A program made the position numbers and the translations under genes. A stretch of DNA of 47,073 bases from Octopus bimaculoides (taxonomy: Eukaryota), in contig NC_068990.1 of NCBI RefSeq assembly GCF_001194135.2, positions 37,418,799-37,465,871 on the forward strand, given 5' to 3'. Below the pieces are notes generated by a model. The model did no database searches and was not told where the DNA came from. It saw only the letters and a program-made list of their open reading frames with translations. Of this stretch, positions 38,931 to 47,073 are shown in pieces. Position 1 is the stretch's first letter. The number at the start of each line of letters is the position of its first letter.

Positions 38931-39568
38931 TTACTCATAGAATATATATATATATAAATTATATATAATGATAATATAGTATTATATTAATATAATGATA
39001 AAACATAATAACATTTCTCATTTATTTAAAGTTTCTGATATAAATGTTATTCAAAGTAATTAACAAATAATGTGCCTTATTTAAATAGTTTATGGAAGGG
39101 AGAACCCGATAAATAAAATAAAATAAAAAGAAACAGATCTACGATAATTATAACCTATGTTGCTTCTTAGATAAAGAGATGATAAGCTATAAGTATAAAT
39201 AATAAATATCGAAATTTTATGAAGTCTTTCAGAAGTAACTAAATTATATACGTAAACAAACACACACACACACACAAATATATATAATACTAGTTATTTC
39301 AAGTTATGTTAGTTGGTATTAAAAAAATTATTTGTCAGTGATATAACTAGTAATGGGACTGTTGGTCTTATTTGCTTTTGATATTCTACCTAGGGATTAA
39401 ACATTTAGTAAATCTTCCTAGAAATCCACTAACCATAGAATTATATACAATTGTAATAATTTACCTAATAAGTGTTAACATATTTAGTGTGGCAATCATC
39501 ATCCATATTTTTGATGCATCTGCCTGCTCGTGGTTGTTTAAGAGAAATATTAACTGTAATAATCTCAC

Positions 39569-40071
39569 CTATTTCTGAAGGTGTAGCATGCTCATAGGTA
39601 CAACTTTCCCACAACCCCGTACTAAACATTAAACAAACCAATATCGCCATTTTCTGAAGGCCTGTCCTAACAATTGATAGGACTCTTTTCTCAAGTCCAA
39701 GTATGAGACAAAAAAATAAATACTTAAATATTTCTTTTCTGGTTGACTTCAGGAATTCACCCTCGACTATTGACCATGCCAATCTACTGAAAACTTGAAA
39801 TTTATATCCCAAGTTTCATTCCACATCAAACCATTCCAAATTTTCTTTTTCTATCACATTGTTTATGGTGACTTGCTATTAATTAGTAGACAAAAATTGC
39901 TATTTCTTTGAAGTGTGTGAGTTGTTATGCCTGTTAATCCTATAATCACTTCGAAGAAAATTCATCTCCTTACACATAAGGATGAAAGAATGTTAATCTC
40001 CCAATACATGAACGGTCACAATCAGGATAAATTTAAGAAAAACTTAATAAATACATTTAAGATGATTCTAC
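39569..40071 (-). other. Candidate minus-strand exon with a possible start codon at 39650 (MAILVCLMFSTGLWESCTYEHATPSEI, signal-peptide-like)
   Basis: Acceptor gtatttttag, donor ATAG|gtgaga, ATG in aaaATGG context, phase-1 end; no downstream coding exon confidently found. Confidence 0.3.
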
Positions 40072-40610
40072 CTAAAAATACTGCCAAAAGTAACCTTAGC
40101 AATATAACCACTGTTAAGTACAGTCAGTATAAAAAGCTAAGCTAAAATATATTCTACACTAATAGAAATTCTAAACATCCATCACCAGACAATCATATAA
40201 AACCTAATTAGCTGCTTTAGAACATCGTATGCATTCTATGACAAAGAAATGTTTAATTGTACCTTATATTACTATAATGATACTCTAAAATAAAGTGAAG
40301 TTTTAGAAAAATGTAATACATACAAAAACAAATCACATAGGTCAGCAAAAGGAAGAGAAAAATAAACACATGGTTCGTTCCTCCAAGTAGTATTAATGTT
40401 GCATCTAGCATATGTAGAGACACTCTACCATTGATATAAATCACTCCACCACTAATTGTAAACACTAGTAATCGTTAGCATAACAAGTTGTTCCAGAAAA
40501 GTAACGTAATAACTGATTATAGATGTCCCAGTAATATTGCCTCTTAGATAACTTGAAGCTTCAAAAGCAACCGTGTGCATAAATACATGTTTAAAAAACA
40601 GACAGCTTAC

Positions 40611-40671
40611 CGACTTCTTCAAATTCAGAAATGAAAGAACTTTTACCTTACTACCTTAAAATCTATAGAAC
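40611..40671 (-). other. Candidate non-coding (5' UTR or lncRNA) exon, 61 nt
   Basis: Very strong acceptor (T-rich tract ending cctttag) and donor TCG|gtaagc; stops in all three frames. Confidence 0.5.
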
Positions 40672-40944
40672 CTAAAGGAAAAAAAAAAAGGAAGAAGGAA
40701 CCTTGAAAATTTTTATTCTTTTTTCACAACTATTTTGCGATTCCCTAGTGAAGACAAAGTGTACGTACACGTACTAAATATCTTCTAAAGAATTTCCAGC
40801 AACTAATAGAATAACATCTCTCACTAACTGATATCTGACAGTATTCAAACCAGTTTAACAGAAACTCTCAAGAAAGCTGAACAGCAACATGTCTTCAGAC
40901 AAGAAACCCCTATCAGGCAAGCGTTTCGTCCCTTAACTTCTTAC

Positions 40945-41072
40945 ACTCTAAGAGGCTGGATCGCATCCAGGTCATGATTCCTGGGTGCCCTTTTGCTGAC
41001 ACTTTTTCGCCACTTGGATATCGGAGACTTGTACATTTAAACTGTTCTATTGACTCAGCTTTCAAACTCATA
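40945..41072 (-). other. Candidate minus-strand exon, 128 nt
   Basis: Acceptor ttttttctttaag, donor AGT|gtaaga; one open frame (MSLKAESIEQFKCTSLRYPSGEKVSAKGHPGIMTWMRSSLLE). Confidence 0.35.
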
Positions 41073-44000
41073 CTTAAAGAAAAAATAGTGTTTGTTGTCA
41101 TAGTGAAACTGCAATGCTATCACAATGAGTCACTCAGAGTTAATATAGAAAAATATTGTTTTCAAACAGTATGGGTGTCGTTTTCGTTCCTCCTCGACCG
41201 GATTCACTAATTTTTACTAAAGTGCCATACTGACCACTATCTAAATATCTAATTCAACTACCAACTGCATTGTAAAATGAGAAAAGCATCAGCATTCAAA
41301 CCTCACTTCAACAGAAGAAATAGCAATATATTTTTAACCACTCGCTAATCCATATAATTCAAATACGTATTAAAGAAATTTTTCGTTGATAGGAAAACTT
41401 TTCAGTTTTTATGTATTTATTTATTATATCATAATGTGGCAACATTAATATCATTGGCTACGAATTTGCAATTGATCAATTACTGGTTACATTGCTTTTG
41501 ATAAGGGATTTTGTAATGCATTATTTTGGGAGTTTACTACCAGGCGTTTATATCTTACACTGCGTTTATGACTTATATGTTACAATAGACAAAAGATACA
41601 CACATAAATATGTACACTCTCACACGCACACGAAAATATGATGGACTTCAGTACATTTCAGTCTCTTAAATTTCTTTCACATATCATTCAGTTTGTAACT
41701 ATAACAGAAGACCCTTGTCCAAAGTACTCTGCAGTGAAACCAGCCTGGAAACGTGTTTGCAAAATGGACTTTTTAGCTACATAGCCTCACATTATAATTA
41801 CATTTCTAATCAATCAATTTTATTTTCTTCTCACAAGAAGATGTCATGAAGCACCTGGACAGGTTTTAAATAATATTCACTAATCTAATATTTGTTAAAA
41901 TAGAAGTAGGCAAGTACGTAAGTAGTAGTAGTAGTTCAATAAATAAAAAGTACTAAAACTTAGAAACGTCTTTATTTTATAACCCATTGTCTATATTTAT
42001 GATTATCGGTTAAGAAGCTTATTCAATAATTATATTAACATAAATATCATATAAATTACAGCATAAATATAATATAGTTTTCTTCATCAGTTGCTTTTGC
42101 TCTCTGTCATTGCTTTATTTCAAACTTTGATGAGTTGCTTATTGTTGCGTTAGTAATATCGCCACTTTGGTAATAGAAATAATCAAACAATTAAATGCAT
42201 GTTCAAGTAAAAGTGACATAGCAACTTCTTCGACTTCAGATGTATAAATTTCTACTTCACTTTCCTAGTACATTTGGAACTTGAAGTCAAAACAAGCCTA
42301 TATCGCTGAAATATTCTCGTCCTTCAACACATCTGTGTTTATCTTGATCCAAACTGAGACTAGTTCTATCTAGAAATATTGAAAATGGACATACAGCATA
42401 CCACACAATTAACACATAAGCTAAAGAACTAATTACCCAACTATAAGTAAAAGTTGCAACCGTTATTTTCTTCTCCTGCCCGAAAATGTGAAGGACTGGA
42501 GAAAGCGAATCTGAAAAGACTTGAAAGTATTTTGGAAGCGTATTTTCGGCAATATTATACGCAAAATTCAGGTTATGTTGAAACTAGAACAATTTAACTA
42601 CGTTGCTATAGTTATGAAGTCATTTTTCAAAACTGAAAACACTTCTTACTTATTAACCCAGTTCAATATTTTAGAATTTTATCCAATCACCTCTAATTCT
42701 GTTCTTCTGAAATGTTTGGATTTTTGATGAGAAATTATTTCAACGAATCACTTAGATACTAGAATAACAATGTTCTCTTGGAAATCTCTATTATTTGATG
42801 GTGATTCTTACTTGATTAGAAAATGCAACCCATCTTTGGACATCGTGATGAGGAGCAATTATAACACTGTGGTAGCTGATCTTGCATTTATCCTTGTTTA
42901 TCATTCATGCAATTAGAAAACGCTTCTCCCATAGCTCCAATATGCACAGGGATGACGGATTAGTAATTATCATATAACTTGACATATTGACAAAAGATTT
43001 AATAAAAATAATTGAGGAATTTGATTTGAATTTAACTACGATCATGGCGTGCATCTAGCCATAAACACTAGATTTAAATACAAATATAATACTACAGAAA
43101 GCTAAGCAAAATTAATCTGTATATCTCCAGCACCCCCACCCAAAAAATCCAACAACCCTGTGACCATAATCATGAATTTTGCAACTGGATTAAGTAGGAT
43201 AGCCTCAGAGCTATCCCATCTATAATAGTTCCATAACTAGAAACCGATTTAGTAAAAAGGTAGTGGACAGGAATAACAACTTTCCTTATATCAGTGTAAA
43301 GGCAAGGGGGAATGTAATCTGGTTTATCTTTCCATATATCTTGGATGCTACCATGCTCACGACCAAGACGTTTATAGCTCTAGGAAGACAACACTTCCCA
43401 TTAATTTACAATAACAAACTTTGCAACACACAGAAAATAAAAGTCCTGAAAATTTGGTTCCCGACTGATCATCATTTTCCAAATAATACACTACAACCAA
43501 AAACATATATGTATGCAGCTCCCACTTCAACAACCACCACAACTGTTACATTTCCTCTATTTGCCCACTTAGGATATTCTTTCTTTATAAAGTTATATAT
43601 TGTGCATCCTTACTTGATTTTGAATGAAATTACACAAATCTCCTTCTAACACTTTCAAAAGCAATCATTACCAGCAGCAGTATACATCTAAAAAATGAAA
43701 CAAAGGGGAATATTTACATCCCTGTCTCAATTTCTCTGGAAACTCACAGAGCAAAAAAACTCATATTGTCTTCCACTAATATAAATCTTTCTTGAGAAAA
43801 CCATTCCTCACTTCAATATACGACAAAACTTGTTGCCATTGTCTCACTGAGAAGATCTATATTAAAAAATATTTTCCTAGCTATAGACAAATAGCACATG
43901 GATTTCTATACTAAAAGGATTTCGTGTCCGGAACATGGTCTAAATAGGACAAGCATAATACAAGCAGATGTTATCAAGAGATTATATTTGGGTTAAAGCA

Positions 44001-46132
44001 CAACCATTTTCAAGACCATATGCAGCTAGCAATACAATCATTCAAATGGTGGGATAGAAAGAGTTGTGCCACTACCACTTTGAAGTTGAATATCGTGGAT
44101 AGAATACCATCATACTCAGGCTATACCTTAGGTTTATCAGAGAAATTTCAAATCTAGAAGCTTCAAACCCTAGCACAAACCTTCCCTATTTCTAGAAGGT
44201 TAACGATATTGTGAGTCACAGCCTCTTTGAAACTCTCACAAGGATACAATTCTTAGTGTGCATGAGAGCGAGGATGAAGAAAAGATAGATTACTTTACTA
44301 GTTTAACTGGTATATCAATTATTGATTCTGGAAGGAAGTAAAACAAATTGACCGCGACAAGAATTGATTATAGGACCACTCGAATATTATACAGCCACTT
44401 GGTCACTTGGGCCTCCCCTCAAGGAAAGTAATATTGATTTAATTTTTGTGTACTTTCTAACAAGAACACAAATAAGAAAAAGATTGGCAGAAGTCAAGTA
44501 CGAACAAAAGTAATTGTTGAAGAACATATCGATCAAATTTGATCAGACTGATATTAGATGGAGATAAATTTTATAAGAACATAAAATGAACGATTAACAA
44601 TTGTATAGACATTATTAAAGAAATAAAACAGAAAGAATTTTAAAAATTGTTATCCCAAAATGAAAGAAAAAAGAGAAATCTTGGAAAACAGATTCCAAGA
44701 TGTGCAAATATGGTTTAAAAGGTGTGACATTTCGATTGATGTGGAATAAAATAAATTAATTGCTATTTATTTATAGTTGTTGTTGTTGCTGCAGTGATGG
44801 AGGGTTTTCTGCTAGTAGTAGTAGTAGTAGTAGTAGTATTGTCGTTCATCCTTGTCATCGCTGTTGCAATTGTTATCGTCTTTGTAGTTATAGCTGATTT
44901 TCATTCCAATTTTCTTTATGTTTTATGGTGTTGTCTACTTTTACACCTCTGTCTTTTTTTTTATCAAACATTGACCATCGACCCAGCAACAACCACAGCC
45001 ATGGTAATAACAACAACAACAACGGCAACAATGACTATAAAAACAAGAACTAGAATTTTAGCAAATTATGGAGATAAAGTAAAATTATATTAAAATTATC
45101 AACGTTTGAAATATATCATCCTTCATTAGACAGTGTTTTTACTTGATGTTTGTTGTTGCTTTCCTAAACTGAACAAACACATTACCAAAAGCATTCCACT
45201 CATAACCATTTTGTCTGTTTGGTGTATCTATAGCGAAATTGTACAGTCAATGATTCATTCTCTATGATCAGAGCTTGACATTTACGGGGCATTCTGTTGC
45301 TATTTCTTGCAGAATGAGTGACCGTGTAGAGAATCACTCGCTAAATTAGTTCATCTAATAGAATAAGAATATAGTTGAGGGTAGAGACCGTTTCAATTCG
45401 GCCACCTTTTAAGTTTCGCTTTTGGGGTCATCTCAGTGTTTGAATAGCATTCACTGTTATTCTGAAGTCTGTATGTTGCTACAATAATTAAAATGGCCAC
45501 TCCATAACTGCATTGTTGTTTGGAGTATTCTTTAACAGAAGCCTGGTTCGGGACATGAAAAGGAACATGCATTACTTTCTGATCTGAGAACCTTTCCACA
45601 CCATAGCATTAACATCTGACTAAACAACCTCTGATATTGACTCCCAAATCACTCTATATGCCACATCCCTATCATTCTATTTGTCATTATGTTTTCTAGC
45701 CTTGCTTTGATTATGTTATATACTTCTGCCTGCACAGTGACAGGTACGCTTATATTGTTACTGCATGCATACGTCAGCGTCGTTTCCCTTCTCACCGTTA
45801 TGGGTCAGTGAGTTCTTTTTCCTTTTGATGTTTCTGTCACAATGGCAGCCTAGGTGTTCATTATTGTCTAGCCTTGTGTAAAATCTTCACCACCCAGCCC
45901 ACAATAGGCTCCAGCTTTATAACACTGTTACCACTCCCTCTACCTTTGATCAAAGTTCCCTTTCCTTGTCTTCTATTCTTTGATTAACAATAACAGATCA
46001 AAACATTAAACTCCTCCCTTCTTCACGGCAATTAACACCAAACATGCATCATGATGTATTGTTGTTCAGTTTTCTGTGATTTTGGGTGCTTTTTGGCTCC
46101 ATGAGTCTAGTCTCACAATATACTTATTAGTG

Positions 46133-46364
46133 CAGTGGTTCTTAACCAGGGTCCATATAGCCCCTGACATTCCATATCAAATTTTGTTGTTAAAATTTAT
46201 GCAGAATAAATTGATTATACTTCTACAAATACACAAAATATTTTAGCAAGTTTTAAAAAAGAATTCCTAATAATATTTAATTATAATGATATAATGGGAC
46301 TTTTTAAAACATTGAATGGTAAGGAGGGTCCATAGGTGAAAAGGGGTGGGGAAAACAAACACTG
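46133..46364. mobile_element. hAT-type MITE
   Basis: Left TIR CAGTGGTTCTTAACC, degenerate right end GGGGAAAACAAACACTG, AT-rich core, internal GGGTCCATA repeated near both ends. Confidence 0.6.
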
Positions 46365-46500
46365 TATTAGAGTTACAGAAATAATTATCAAAAAATAGTA
46401 ATCTCCAACTGCCCAAGTTTCAAAGTGTGAATGATCCCTCTAAACACTCTGACGATTTTTAATTACGTCTGCAGATTCTCTTTTCCTTTCTGACGAGCTA

Positions 46501-46514
<14 letters not shown>

Positions 46515-46562
<48 letters not shown>
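46515..46562. repeat. (GA)n microsatellite preceded by (TG)n
   Basis: Direct reading. Confidence 0.97.
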
Positions 46563-46566
<4 letters not shown>

Positions 46567-47026
46567 CAGTATAATAATAAGAATGTATCAATATTGGACT
46601 GTTACTTTAGTTTTCGATTTGGAGGGACGCTAGGCAAATTTGCAGTGTGTCGAAAAAATACCTTATGGCATTACTTGAAACTATAGGAAAGTGGGTTATA
46701 CATCATTAGATGTACACCTGACTTTCCTTTATAGATCGGAAGANNNNNNNNNNNNNNNTATTAAATTAGAAATATGAACGGAACGCTGAACTCCAAACTA
46801 TCAACACAAACAACATTTATTCAAGGTGGAAAATATACATCTTTAATCTTGTCTGTTGAGACGTCTTCGGTGTGTGAGAACATGGTTGTTGGGACGTTGG
46901 TATATTGATGTGAGCTGTCTAGCGTGAGTTCGAAAGATAGAGAGACAACTAGACACGTCCTTGCTCAATCGCTGGCCAGCAAGAAAGAGTTCGATCAAAG
47001 AGGGGGAAGGCTTGGTTGTTGAATTC

Positions 47027-47068
47027 CACGCATGCGTGAGACTACGCATGCGCACGGCGTTACTACAA
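47027..47068. promoter_or_regulatory. Probable promoter: two NRF1/Ewg-type GCGCATGCG-like sites plus an ACTACA motif
   Basis: CACGCATGCGTG (47027-47038, palindrome), ACGCATGCGCA (47044-47054), ACTACAA (47062-47068); local CpG density far above the window background. Confidence 0.6.
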
Positions 47069-47073
47069 AACTT

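Noticed and set aside
39569-39620. Claudin-like GLWESC motif
   Set aside because: The upstream W and TM1 spacing and the second Cys are absent.

Overview
Eukaryotic, very AT-rich, microsatellite-dense DNA with five N gaps. The SINE families and (TA)n/(CA)n/(GAT)n load look like an Octopus-type coleoid cephalopod genome; this is recognition from memory, not a database result. No confident protein-coding gene is visible: almost all ORF-track entries are microsatellite or N-gap translations. The window is mostly intronic or intergenic sequence. It holds tRNA-derived SINEs, mariner and hAT remnants or MITEs, and several Penelope-like element (PLE) relics, including a decayed RT+GIY-YIG body between inverted arms (34879-37901). 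A CpG-rich NRF1-type promoter lies at the right edge, and there are candidate spliced exons on both strands. The most interesting signal is a set of hammerhead ribozyme (HHR) motifs: an apparently intact minimal type I HHR at 2153-2197 heading a ~200-nt hairpin-rich retrozyme-like unit, a near-intact HHR at 19313-19348, degenerate or split copies, and a locus at 38414-38468 where the three HHR strands occur in permuted order. Ribozyme activity and all exon calls are untested inferences.
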